Origin: an uncultured Actinomycetes bacterium
GTDB lineage: Bacteria; Actinomycetota; Thermoleophilia; UBA2241
Direction: 5' to 3'
Length of the DNA stretch: 64,000 nucleotides
NCBI GenBank assembly: GCA_963755025.1
Contig: CAVWIH010000020.1
Span: forward strand, 100,699 to 164,698
The number at the start of each line of letters is the position of its first letter. Position 1 is the first letter of the stretch. Positions 27,030-39,331 of the stretch are shown here, piece by piece. A program made the position numbers and the translations under genes. A model generated the notes under the pieces. That model saw nothing but the letters and a program-made list of their open reading frames with translations. It searched no databases and was not told the origin of the DNA.

Positions 27030-29707
27030 CTAGACGCGCAGCACCACCTTGCGGATCTCGGGGTCTTCGGAGGGCCGCACGTCGAAGCCCAGCGACTCGA
27101 CGAAGCGCACCATGCCGTCGTTCGAGGCCAGCACGTGGCCGTAGATCTCGCGCACGTACGAACCGCGGGCGGCCTCGATGAGCGAGGTCATGAGGGCGTC
27201 GCCCACGCCGCGGCGCTGGTAGCTGTCGCGCACCACGATGGCGAACTCACCCTCTTCGGTGTTGGCCGTCTCGATCGTGAGGCGGGCGACGCCCAGCATC
27301 TGCTTCTTGCGGCCCTTGCCGCCGATCGCCACGATGGCGATCTCGCGGTCGTAGTCGATGTGGCAGTAGCGCACCATCATCGACTTGGTGATCTCTTTGA
27401 TCGGGCCGAAGAAGCGGTATTCGGTGGTCGCCTCGGAGAACGACTCGACCATCTCGCGCCACATGACTTCGTCTTCGGGGCGGATGGCGCGCAGCTCGAC
27501 CTTCTCGCCGTCGATGGTCATGTCCCAGTGGAACTTGGTGGGGAACATGGAGATGATGAGGTGCGAGCCGGGCTGGGCGATCTTGCGCACGTCGCGGGGC
27601 TCGATCATGATGCGCGCGTCGAGCGCCGCCAGGCCGTCGGCGCGCACCTGCAGCGGGTTGACGTCCATCTCGACGATCTCGGGGAAGTCGACCAGCAGGT
27701 AGCTCGCCTTGACCAGCACGAGCTCGAGGGCGTCCATGTCGACCGGCGTGCTGCCGCGGTAGCCGCGCAGCAGCCTGGAGACCTTGGTCTCGGCGATCAT
27801 GGTGCGCGCCAGGGCCTGGTTGAGCGGCGGAAAGTCGACCGCGACGTCGCGGAAGAGCTCGACGCCGGTGCCGCCCATGCCGAACATGATGGCCGGACCG
27901 AAAGTGCGGTCCTTGCGCGAGCCCACGATGACCTCGTGGCCGCCGCGCGACATGGCCTGCACGGCCACGCCGAGGATCTTGGCCTGCGGGCGGGCCTTGG
28001 CCACGCGCTCGGTGACGACGCTGAACTGCTTGGCGGCCTCGGGTGCGGAGCGCACGTTGAGGGCGATGCCGCCCACGTCGGACTTGTGGGTGATGTCGTG
28101 CGAGAGGATCTTGATGGCCACCGGAAAGCCGATCTCGGCGGCCTTCTTGGCGCACTCGTCGGCCGTGGTGGCCAGCACCGTCTTGACGGTCGGTATGCCG
28201 TAGGCCTCGAGCACGTCCTTGGCTTCGATCTCGCTCAGGGTGGTGCGCTTCTGGCGGGCGACCTCGATGAAGATGTCCTTGACCGCGGCGCGGTCGGGCG
28301 TGAAGTGCGGCAAGATGTCGGCCGGCGTCTCGTAGAGCTGCGCGAGGCTCTTGGTGTACTGGTACATGTAGAGGTAGGCGCGCACCGCGTCTTCGGGGGT
28401 GTCGAAGGTCGGCACGTGGGCGGCGCGCAGCAGGCGGATGCCCTCGGCTACCTTGATCTCACCCATGAACGAGGTGAGCATGGGCTTGCGCACGTGGCGC
28501 TTGGCCACCTCGATCAGGGCCTCGGCGGTCTGCGTGGGGTAGCTCATCGCCTGCGGCGTGAGGATGGCCAGCACGCCGTCGCAGTTGGGGTCGTCCATCA
28601 TGGCGGCGGCGGCGGCGGCGTAGCGCTCGGCGGGGGCGTCGCCGCCGACGTCGACGGGGTTGCCGCGGGCGGCGAAGGTGGGCAGGCACTCCTTGAGCCG
28701 GGCGTCGGTCTCGGGCGCCAGCTCGGCGAGCTCGCCGCCAGGGCGAGCAGGCGGTCAGAGGCCATCACGCCGGGGCCGCCGGCGTTGGTCACGATGCCCA
28801 GCTTGGGGCCGCGCGGGCTCGACACGCGAGACAGCGCCTCGCTGGCGTCGAAGAGGTCTTCGATCTCGTCGACCCGCACCGCGCCGGCGCGGCGGAAGGC
28901 CGCGCTGTACAAGGTGTCGTCGCCGGCGATGGCGCCGGTGTGGCTGGCCGCAGCCATGGCCGACCGGGCGGTACGGCCCGACTTGACCACGATGATCGGC
29001 TTGGTCTTGGCGAAATGGCGCGCCGCGCTCATGAACTTGCGGGCGTCGGAGAGTGCCTCGATGTAGAGGATGATCGAGTTGGTCTGCGGGTCGGCGCCGA
29101 AGTAGTCGATCAGGTCGCCGAAGTCGACGTCGCACATGGAGCCCACCGACACGAAGGCCGAGAATCCGACCTTGTTGGCGGTCGCCCAGTCGAGCACGGC
29201 GGTGCCCAGGGCGCCCGACTGGCTCAGGAACGCCACGCGGCCCGGCTCGGGCACGGTGTGGGCGAAGGTCGCGTTGATGTTGTGGCCGGGACGCACGTAG
29301 CCCAGGCAGTTGGGGCCGAGCAGGCGCAGGCCGTACGACTCGGCGGTGCTGACCACCTGCTCTTCGAGCTTCTTGCCGCCGGCGCCGGTCTCTTTGAAGC
29401 CGGCCGTGACGATGACGGCGCCCGATACGCCTGCCTGCCCGCACTCACGCACCACGTCGAGCACGCTCTTGGCCGGCACGGCGATGATCGCCAGGTCGAC
29501 TTTGTGGGGCACCTGCGAGATGCTCGGGTACGCTTGGATGCCCTGGATCGACGCGGCCCTGGGGTTGACCGGGTAGACGACGCCCTCGTACTCCGCGCCG
29601 ATCAGGTTGCGCAGCAGGATGTAGCCGACCGAACCCTTGGTGTTCGAGGCGCCGATGACGGCGATCGACTTGGGGTCGAAGAGTTTGTCGAGGTTGCGCG
29701 TGCTCAT
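27030..29707 (-). CDS. pat: Bifunctional acetate-CoA ligase (ADP-forming)/GNAT protein acetyltransferase, Pat/YfiQ family (one frameshift near 28740)
   Basis: PKSIAVIGAS, LLGPNCLG, SQSGALG, AASHTGA, TNAGGPGV, NPVDVGGDA, ATP-grasp HKSDVGG/EMDVNPL, C-terminal GNAT (IDYDREIAIVA, EFAIVVRDSYQRRGVG). Confidence 0.9.
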
Positions 29708-29914
29708 GAGTCGTCCCTGCGTGCGTGTGTCATCGGCACTCCACTTCGGTACGGTTTCTGCGTTGATCTGAGGGCCGCGGCCGCCCTGGGAAGGTGGCCG
29801 GTACCGGGCCGCGCAGTCGCCCCGCGCCCTAAAATGCTTCGCTCGTAGTGTACACCCGCGCCTGCCCGCGCCCCTCGCGGGCAGGCGCGTCGAACCATGG
29901 CGGCCGGCGGCGAC

Positions 29915-31876
<1,962 letters not shown>

Positions 31877-32016
31877 CCTCTCCACCTCCGTCACGTTTGC
31901 GGGGGAAACTGCCGTCGCGACCACACGGTACGCCTCATTATCGGCGTAACGGCGTTGCATTTGCACAGGGAGGCGCCGGGGCCCGCTCCGCGTCGCCCCG
32001 GCGGCCGGTACGACGA

Positions 32017-32030
32017 CGAACAGATGTTCG
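32017..32030. promoter_or_regulatory. LexA (SOS)-box-like palindrome CGAAC-AGAT-GTTCG
   Basis: Matches the Gram-positive CGAAC-N4-GTTCG consensus; embedded in a longer palindrome. Confidence 0.55.
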
Positions 32031-32148
32031 TCGTCAGGCACGGGCTTTTGGCGCGGGCCGGCAGGTCGGTGGCGAAGGACGCGGCGCGACGGACCATGCG
32101 GACGCGCTGGCGCGAGCCGCCGGCAAGCCGCCACATTGGGCTCGAAAG

Positions 32149-32162
32149 CGAACAGGTGTTCC
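32149..32162. promoter_or_regulatory. Second LexA-box-like site CGAAC-AGGT-GTTCC
   Basis: GAAC-N4-GTTC core with one flank mismatch. Confidence 0.5.
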
Positions 32163-32251
32163 CGCCTGCGGCGGCCGCGATCGGCCGGCTGACGGGGCGG
32201 CGAGGCATCGCCGCCGCACCGGCGCGTGGGCCTGCCGAGAAGGCGAGGGTG

Positions 32252-32827
32252 CTAGAAGCCGCCGAAGGCGGGCGGGTACTCGACGGCGCGCGCCGTAAAG
32301 GCGGCCGGCGGGCACTGCGCCGGCAGGACCATGAAGTGGCCCGGCGGCACGTCGAAGCGGCAGGTGCAGCCGTAGCCGTCGGCCGGCTCAAAGTCGAAGC
32401 GGCCGTAGAAGCCGGGAGCGCCGATCACGAAGACCGGCAGCGCCGGGTCGGCAGCGGCCAGCGTGGCGCGCACGAGGGCGCTGCCTATGCCGCGCCCCTG
32501 GTGCTCGGGGGCGACCGCCACGGGCGCCAGCGCCAGGGCGGGGCAGGCGGCGGTGTCCGCCGCGGCTGTGCCGCTTGCCCTCAGTGCACAGCCGGCGGCG
32601 TTCGGCGCGGCCGCCGCGGCCACGCAGCCGGCGCCGCCGCTCAGTCCGAGACAGCTCAGCAGGGCGTGACCCACGACAGACTCGCCGACGGCGGCGACCA
32701 TCGAGACGGCCACGCGGCCCTCGCGCTCGAGGCGCACGATGAGCTGAGCCTCGAGGTCGTAGCCGAACGCGGCCCGCACCGTGGCGAGGATCGCGGGAAG
32801 GTCGGCGGGCGCGGCGAGGCGCACCAC
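32252..32827 (-). CDS. GNAT N-acetyltransferase (YhbS-like); start uncertain
   Basis: AAFGYDLEAQLIVRL, LALAPVAVAPEHQGRGIGSALV, VIGAPGFYGRFDF, VEYPPAF. Confidence 0.8.
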   Translation of the reverse strand: MVRLAAPADLPAILATVRAAFGYDLEAQLIVRLEREGRVAVSMVAAVGESVVGHALLSCLGLSGGAGCVAAAAAPNAAGCALRASGTAAADTAACPALALAPVAVAPEHQGRGIGSALVRATLAAADPALPVFVIGAPGFYGRFDFEPADGYGCTCRFDVPPGHFMVLPAQCPPAAFTARAVEYPPAFGGF

Positions 32828-32973
32828 GAGGTCATGGGGCAGGACGCAGCGAGGCGAGGAGGCGCAGGGCGGACGGGAGCGCGAAGGGCCGGCGTGGCCG
32901 GCGGCCACGGAGCCGAGTCGCACGCTGTGGCGGGTCTCGGTCACGTTCGTCTCACCGCATGGACAGGCGAAAG

Positions 32974-33048
32974 TGGTGGGCAATGTTGGATTTGAACCAA
33001 CGACCTCCTGCGTGTGAAGCAGGCGCTCTCCCCCTGAGCTAATTGCCC
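32974..33048 (-). tRNA. tRNA-Val(CAC)
   Basis: GGGCAATTAGCTCAG...CCTGC-TTCACAC-GCAGG...GGTTCAAATCC...GCCCACCA cloverleaf. Confidence 0.96.
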
Positions 33049-33255
33049 GTGACGTGAGAGGTTACCACGTCGGGCTGCAGTTGTGCACCGCGTGATCGGA
33101 GAGTCGGCGCTCACGCCGGACCGGGCGCCCGGGGGTCGGTCGCGAGTCGATCCCGGCGACCGTGGAAGCGCAGCTCGCCTTCTCCAACGCTTCCGCTCGG
33201 CCTACCTCGTTCGCGGGGGGTATGTACGACTGCGACATGACCAAAGGAGGGAGAG

Positions 33256-33462
33256 ATGCTCGCCATCGTCGCCGCGCTCACGGCGCACAGCGCGCGCCGG
33301 ATCACAGAGCTTGGCGCCTTGCTTGGACTTATCGGGGGCCTTGCCTTGGCGGCCAGGGAGTTCCCGTTCTTCCGGCGGGCAGGCCTGGTGGTCGCCGGGC
33401 TGCTGCTGGCCGTCGGCTTCGCGCTCATCATTTACGCGCTCCATTTTGGCAAGACGTTCTAG
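33256..33462 (+). CDS. Small hypothetical membrane protein (68 aa)
   Basis: AAAGGAGG RBS; hydrophobic helices. Confidence 0.65.
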   Translation: MLAIVAALTAHSARRITELGALLGLIGGLALAAREFPFFRRAGLVVAGLLLAVGFALIIYALHFGKTF

Positions 33463-33525
33463 CGGTCCTCCATGGAACTGCTGCGCACTGGCCTGAGCGA
33501 TACGGCGTAAGGACGAGTCGAGACG

Positions 33526-35100
33526 GTGCAACTGACCACGGAGCACTCGGAACCGGCGGAGGGCTTTCCGCTCGGAACGTACCTGGCGGTCATCGGCAGG
33601 CGGAAGTGGCTGGTGGTCGGCGTGACGGTGCTCTTTGTCGTGCTCGGTTATGCCTACCTCAAGGGGCGCACGCCGATGTACTCGGCGAGCGCCGAGCTGC
33701 TCTACGCTCAGCCGGCCAACGGCCTTGACCCGCTTGCCCCCGCCGTGGTCGACCAGACGCTGCAGCAGGCCGATCTCGGCAGCGTGCCCACCGTGCTCAA
33801 CGGTTCTGCCGTCAGCGCTCGGGCGGCGCAGCTGCTGGCGCACACCAATACCTCAGCCGGCTACTCCGTCACCGCCCTGCTGCAGCTCGACACCCAGACC
33901 AACGCCTACTCGAACATCGTCGCGATCGACGGGGTGTCGAGCAGCCCCAGCCTGGCCGCCGCCGTCGCCAACGCCTACGCGCGGGCGTTCGTGGGCTGGC
34001 GCCAGACCAGCGCTCAGGCCCAGGTGGGGGAGGCCGTCCTCGCCGTGCAGAGCAGGCTCGGCGCGTACACGACGCCGACGTCGCAAGCCACCGCCGACTA
34101 CGTGGCTCTCCGCCAGCTGCTCGGCAGCCTGCTGTTACAGCAGAAGACAGCGACCGGCGACTTCACGATCCTCTCGCCGGCCGACCTGCCCTCGACGCCC
34201 TTCTCGCCGCGCAAGCTGCACACCCTGGGCTACGCCGCCGCCGTCGGCCTGCTTTTGGGCCTGGGGCTTGCCTTCCTCCTTGAGCAGCTCGACGGGAGAG
34301 TGACCGGCGAGGAGGAGTTGCGCGACTCACTGGGCCTGACCGCCCTCGGCCATCTGCCGCCGCTCAAACGAGGAACGCAGGACGCCGACGCCGTGCAGAC
34401 GCTCTCCGATCCGGCGAGCCCAGCCGCCGAGGCTTTCCGCACGCTGCGCGGCAACCTTCAGCTTGCCGGCGGTGAGACCGATGTGCCGGTGTTGCTCGTG
34501 ACCAGCTCGGTCCAGGGCGAGGGCAAGTCCGTGACGGCCTGCAACCTGGCGGTCTCGCTGACGCTTGCCGGCAAGCGCGTCGTGCTCGTCGATGCCGACC
34601 TGCGGCGCCCGCGGGTCCACAGCTACATGGGTGTCTCCAGCGTGCCGGGTCTGACCACCGTCCTCGCGCGGGGCGCGACCGTGCAGGAGGTGCTCGTTCC
34701 GGTCGCTCTCGACGAACGCCACGGGCGAGGGCCAGACGACCCCGTCCTCAAGGTGCTGCCGGCGGGCCCGCTCCCGCCCAACCCCGGAGAGCTGGTGGCC
34801 TCGCAACGCTTCGTCGAGCTGATCGGTGTGCTGGCGCGCGAATCGGACGTCGTCGTCATCGACTCGCCGGCTCTGCTGGCCGTAGGTGACTGCTCGTCTA
34901 TCGCGGCAACAGCGGACGCGCTTGTGTTCGTGGTGAACACGGCGAAGGTCCGGCGGCCTATGCTCGAACGCGCCGGCGCCAAGCTGCGCAGGCTGCCGTG
35001 CCGCAAGCTCGGGTTCGTCGTCGTCGAGGCCAAGCCGGCGCGTCAGTATCGGTACGACCACTACCGACCGCGTTCACGGCACGCGGCTGGAGCAGGGTGA
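33526..35100 (+). CDS. Wzc-type polysaccharide co-polymerase/tyrosine autokinase fusion
   Basis: Wzz-like N-terminus with two TMs; AEAFRTLR, TSSVQGEGKS, LVDADLRRP, IDSPALL; Tyr-containing tail QYRYDHY. Confidence 0.9.
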   Translation: MQLTTEHSEPAEGFPLGTYLAVIGRRKWLVVGVTVLFVVLGYAYLKGRTPMYSASAELLYAQPANGLDPLAPAVVDQTLQQADLGSVPTVLNGSAVSARAAQLLAHTNTSAGYSVTALLQLDTQTNAYSNIVAIDGVSSSPSLAAAVANAYARAFVGWRQTSAQAQVGEAVLAVQSRLGAYTTPTSQATADYVALRQLLGSLLLQQKTATGDFTILSPADLPSTPFSPRKLHTLGYAAAVGLLLGLGLAFLLEQLDGRVTGEEELRDSLGLTALGHLPPLKRGTQDADAVQTLSDPASPAAEAFRTLRGNLQLAGGETDVPVLLVTSSVQGEGKSVTACNLAVSLTLAGKRVVLVDADLRRPRVHSYMGVSSVPGLTTVLARGATVQEVLVPVALDERHGRGPDDPVLKVLPAGPLPPNPGELVASQRFVELIGVLARESDVVVIDSPALLAVGDCSSIAATADALVFVVNTAKVRRPMLERAGAKLRRLPCRKLGFVVVEAKPARQYRYDHYRPRSRHAAGAG

Positions 35101-35180
35101 CGGGCCGGTCGATGGCTCCAGACGGCCGCAGGGGTGTGCAGACAGATTGACACCGCGTCGGCCGTGCCGCCGACGAGGGG

Positions 35181-36505
35181 TCAGGCTACGAAGATGAAGC
35201 GCACAAACACCGAGGTGAGAAGCACGAGCGCCACGGTGGAGACGGCGAGGAGCGCGATGCGCGTAGCCACCAGGCGTTCGGTCAGCAGGGCGATCGCCAG
35301 GAACACCGGGAACGCCACCAGCGCGAAGCGCGACATCGAATACAGCGGCTGCAGCGGAGTCGGGTAGAACAGCGGGGCAGCGAGGGTGGCGAACCCGTAC
35401 ACCAGGTAGGGTGCCTTAAGGCGCCGCGCGCTCAGGCCGAGCGCGACCACCGCCCCCACGAGCACCACGATGTCGAGCGCGTTGGGCAACGCGTTGCGGG
35501 CGACGTGCGATGACACGAGGAGCGAGCCCTGCGCCGTCGCCAGAGGCGGCGCCTGACCATGGTGCAGCAGTAGCGTCGTGATCCCCGAGATCCTTGTGCC
35601 ACCCGGCGACCACGGTGACCCACGGCGCCGTGAAGCTGCGATGCCAGTGAAGCTGGGCCTGGCTGAACGCCAGCGCGTTGCCGAGCCTGACCCGCAGGTA
35701 CGCCATCCAGACGGCCAAGCCTGCGGGAACCAGGCCGAACCAGGCCAGGCGGCGATCGATGCGGCGCGGTCGCCAACCCCGGGCGCCCAGGTAGAAGAGC
35801 GCCATCGGCAGAAGCAGCAGGATGCCGGTGTTACGGGTGAGGGCGGCAAAAAAAGCCGGCCAGACCGGCGAACAGCCATTGCTCGCGGCGCGCGAAGAAC
35901 AGGCACGTCACTACCAGAAAGAAGAAGGCCGACTCGGTGTACACGGCCTGAAAGAAGAAGCTCGTCGGGAACAGGCTGGCGAACGCCACCGTCCAGGTGG
36001 CCACGCGACTCCCATAGTCGATGGCGATGAGCCGGTAGAGCACGTACATCGCCGCCACGTAGAACGTGAGCGACAGAGCGACGCCGGCGATGATGTAGCG
36101 GTGGGCCGTCAGCGGGCCGAGCCAGCGCACGAGCGTCGGGTAGAGCGGAAAGAAGGCGGCGTAGTCGCGAGTCGGGTATCCGACGCGGGCGATCTTCACG
36201 TACCACTGTCCGTCCCAGTTCGCCCAGGCATTGAACATCTGGCCGAGGGCTCCGGGCAACAGCTGCGCCCGGTTGTAGGTGAGCGTGCGGGCCGTGCTGG
36301 CCGCTTGCGGCACACGAGCCACCGTCAGGTACCCCACCAGAAAGAGCAGAGCCCGGCTGCCGACGACCGCCGCCCAGACGCCGGGCGGCGGTGCGAGGGT
36401 CGCCCGCCGCAGAGCGGCCGCTCCCGGCACGAGCCGCAACTCGGCCCTTTCGGGCGAAGGGTGCAGCGGGTCGGTCGTCTGGTCCTGGGGCAGCGGCGCG
36501 GCCAA
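35181..36505 (-). CDS. PIG-V-like GT-C mannosyltransferase (frameshifts near 35850 and 35590)
   Basis: WANWDGQWYVKIARVGY...AAFFPLYP, FPTSFFFQAVYTES, LYSMSRFALVAFP; TTG start with GAAGGA RBS. Confidence 0.82.
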
Positions 36506-36754
36506 TGCCGTCCTTCGGTCGACTGGGCACGAACCTGGCGGCCTTTGTACCCGCGCTGCGAGTGGGCAAGCCCGGCCGGCCGTTGGCGAGCGGCCCTCGA
36601 GCACTGCCGTGGGCCGCCAGTCCCGGACCACGTGCGCTAGTACGCTGTCGTCAAGGCGCGTGCGCCGCTTATCATGGCTCTGGGAGCCATCCACAACGGG
36701 GGGTAAGACGTTCTGAACCACGGGTACTACCGCGCTTCATTCCGGCTGCTCGTC

Positions 36755-37975
36755 GTGCTTTCGGCGCTCCTGCTTTGGGGGGCCATCGCTCACGACCCAT
36801 CCGCCGGCGACGCCGCCGACGCCGCTTCGTCTGTCTCGGCTGCGCCTTCCGCCTTGGCGACCCCCGCGGCGTCGCCCACGGCCGCGCCCTCCGCAGTGGC
36901 GACCCCCGCCACGTCGCCCACGGCCGCGCCTTCGGCCACACCCGTGGCGAGCGCCGCAGCGAACGAGAGCAGCGCCGCCGCGAGCGAGGCCGTCCTCGCC
37001 CTCGACTCGTTCGATCGAGCCTTCTTCTCGGTCGGCCTCGGAAAGGGGACGTTCCTCGACACCAGCGGTGGCCACGCCGCCAGGTTCTGGGCGCAGGCCG
37101 AGATGATGGAGACGGTCGAAGACGCCTACGCGCGAACGCGCAAACCCGTCTACAAGCGGATGATCCGCCAGTTGCACGATGGGGTCGTCGCGCGCTTCAG
37201 CACGCACTGGATGGGCGACCACTACAACGACGACATCATGTGGATGGCGATCGCCTTCATGCGCGCCTACAACCTGACCGGCTGCCTCGCCTACCGCAGC
37301 CAGGCAAAGTGGAACTTCGATCACGCCTACGCGAGGGCGCACAGCGCCGACTTCGGCGGCGGTCTGTGGTGGACCACCAGCCGCCAGGAGAAGAACGCCT
37401 GCGTCACCGCGCCAGCCGCGATCGCGGCGTGTCTGCTGTCCCGGTCTCTCGGCGACGCGTCGTACCTGGCAAAGGCTCGATCGATGTTCGCGTGGCTGCA
37501 GTCGACGCTGTTCGACCAGAGCACCGGCGCCGTGCACGACCACATCAGCCGTGGCTCGGGCACGGCGACGGTCGTCGATCCCTCCACCTACACGTACAAC
37601 CAGGGGACCTTCATCGGCGCGGCGGACCTGCTGCACCGCGCCACCGGAAAGTCCGTCTACTACACCGACGCGCTGTCCGCCCTCGGCTACGCCCGCACCG
37701 ACCAGACCGACAGCAACGGCATTCTCAAGAGCGAGGGCTCGGGAGGCGACGGCGGCGCGTTCAAGGGCATCTTCGCGCGGTGGGCGACGAGGTTCACCGC
37801 CGCCAACGGCATCACCGCCTTCAATGCCTGGTTCGACAGCAATGCCGACACCGCCTGGGCTCACCGCGACGCGCAGGGCCTCATGGGTGAGAACTGGACG
37901 GTCGTCTCGCCCGCGGGCTCGCTGCACTCCCTTGACTGCTCGTCGGCGGTCGTGATGCTGCAGGTGCGGCCGTAG
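36755..37975 (+). CDS. Secreted glycoside hydrolase family 76 (alpha-1,6-mannanase-like); start may be slightly upstream
   Basis: FWAQAEMME, YNDDIMWMAIA (DD catalytic pair), GGGLWW, KNAC, YTYNQGTFIG, GDGGAFKGIF. Confidence 0.88.
   Translation: MLSALLLWGAIAHDPSAGDAADAASSVSAAPSALATPAASPTAAPSAVATPATSPTAAPSATPVASAAANESSAAASEAVLALDSFDRAFFSVGLGKGTFLDTSGGHAARFWAQAEMMETVEDAYARTRKPVYKRMIRQLHDGVVARFSTHWMGDHYNDDIMWMAIAFMRAYNLTGCLAYRSQAKWNFDHAYARAHSADFGGGLWWTTSRQEKNACVTAPAAIAACLLSRSLGDASYLAKARSMFAWLQSTLFDQSTGAVHDHISRGSGTATVVDPSTYTYNQGTFIGAADLLHRATGKSVYYTDALSALGYARTDQTDSNGILKSEGSGGDGGAFKGIFARWATRFTAANGITAFNAWFDSNADTAWAHRDAQGLMGENWTVVSPAGSLHSLDCSSAVVMLQVRP
36842..36937 (+). repeat. 42-bp coding repeat forming an Ala/Pro/Ser/Thr linker
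   Basis: APSALATPAASPTA / APSAVATPATSPTA / APSA with units at 36842, 36884 and 36926. Confidence 0.8.
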
Positions 37976-37981
37976 CCTGCA

Positions 37982-39202
37982 TCAGCGCCGTGGCACGAGG
38001 GCGTAGAGGGTGTGGCTACCGTTCAGGTACAGCGTCTGGCGGTCGGCGGTAGCCGGGCAGTACCGCCCGTCGGCGAAGGTCCACTCGACGCGTCCCGTGC
38101 GCGCGTTCAGGCCCCAGGTGTGGCCGGAGAAGCTCGACAGGTACACGATCCCGTCGATGACGGTGGGAGCGCCGGAGATCGGTGAGCCGGCGCGGAACTT
38201 CCAGGCGAGGCTGCCGGTCGCCGCGTTCAGGGCGTAGAAGTAGCCGTCGTAGCTGCCCTCGTAGACCAGGTCGCGCCACACGGCCGGCGATGAGTACACC
38301 CAGCCGTTCGTGGCATACGACCAGCGCTGGCCACCGTTGCCCAGGGCAAAGGCATAGATGGTGCCGTTGATGCCGCCGATGTAGGCCGTGCCGTACGCGA
38401 GAGCGGCGGTGGCGTAGAACTGGTTGGCGCCGAGGATGCCGCCGGTCGAGGTGCTCCAGAGCAGCTTGCCGTTGTAGCTCAGGCAGTAGACCGAGCCGTC
38501 GTAGGAGCCGATGACGAGGCGCCCGTTCAGCTCGGCTGGGGCGCCTTTCAGGGCGCCGCCCGTGCGGTACCGCCAGACCACCTTGTGCGTGGTCAGGCTC
38601 ATGGCGTAGAGGCTGCCGTTCTCGTCGCCGAAGAACACCCGGTGACGCCACACGAGCGGCGACGACTCGCTGCGCCCGATGCCGGACAGCCCCCACTGCG
38701 GCTTGCCCGTCAGGCGGTCGAGGACCAGAAAGAGCCCCGCCAGCGAGGTGACGTAGACGGAGGTCGCATCGACGGTAGGGGTCGAGGCGAAGCGGGCGTC
38801 GTGGCGTACCTGGTAGCTCCAGATGATGCGGCCGTCGCTCGCCCGCAGGCAGATGACCCGGCCGTGCCCGGTGCAGACGTACAGGCCGCCGCTGTAGATC
38901 GCCGGCGGGAACTCGAGCAGGTCTCCGGCGGAGAAGCGCCACTTGATGCGATAGGGCGGCCGCAGCGTGACCGTTGGATCGAAGCGGGTGCGCGCCAAGT
39001 CATAGCCGTAGGTCGGCCAGTCGCCCAGCGATGGCGCCGGGCCGCGCGCCGCTCGAGCCCGCGAACCCGGCAGCAACGCGCTCACGGGAAACGCTGTCGG
39101 CTTGGGGCCGGATCGGGGCGCCAGCAACACGGAGAACACCGCCGTGCCGCTGCCGATTATGACGGCGGCCATCACGAGGTCGATCAGCAGGCGCTTTCGC
39201 AC
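37982..39202 (-). CDS. PQQ-like beta-propeller repeat protein, membrane anchored
   Basis: N-terminal TM, DWPTYGYD, repeated W-x-(F/Y)-x-T/A-G...SSP...VY.GS.DG..YAL blades. Confidence 0.87.
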   Translation of the reverse strand: MRKRLLIDLVMAAVIIGSGTAVFSVLLAPRSGPKPTAFPVSALLPGSRARAARGPAPSLGDWPTYGYDLARTRFDPTVTLRPPYRIKWRFSAGDLLEFPPAIYSGGLYVCTGHGRVICLRASDGRIIWSYQVRHDARFASTPTVDATSVYVTSLAGLFLVLDRLTGKPQWGLSGIGRSESSPLVWRHRVFFGDENGSLYAMSLTTHKVVWRYRTGGALKGAPAELNGRLVIGSYDGSVYCLSYNGKLLWSTSTGGILGANQFYATAALAYGTAYIGGINGTIYAFALGNGGQRWSYATNGWVYSSPAVWRDLVYEGSYDGYFYALNAATGSLAWKFRAGSPISGAPTVIDGIVYLSSFSGHTWGLNARTGRVEWTFADGRYCPATADRQTLYLNGSHTLYALVPRR

Positions 39203-39331
39203 AACGCAGTTCTATGTATCCACAACGGCGGCGGCCGTGACTGGTCGCACCGTTTGGGGTAACCGGACAAGCGCGAAACCCACAAGCTGGGGCGAGCCAG
39301 GTACCTCGACGAGAGCCACCAGGGGGCCGGC

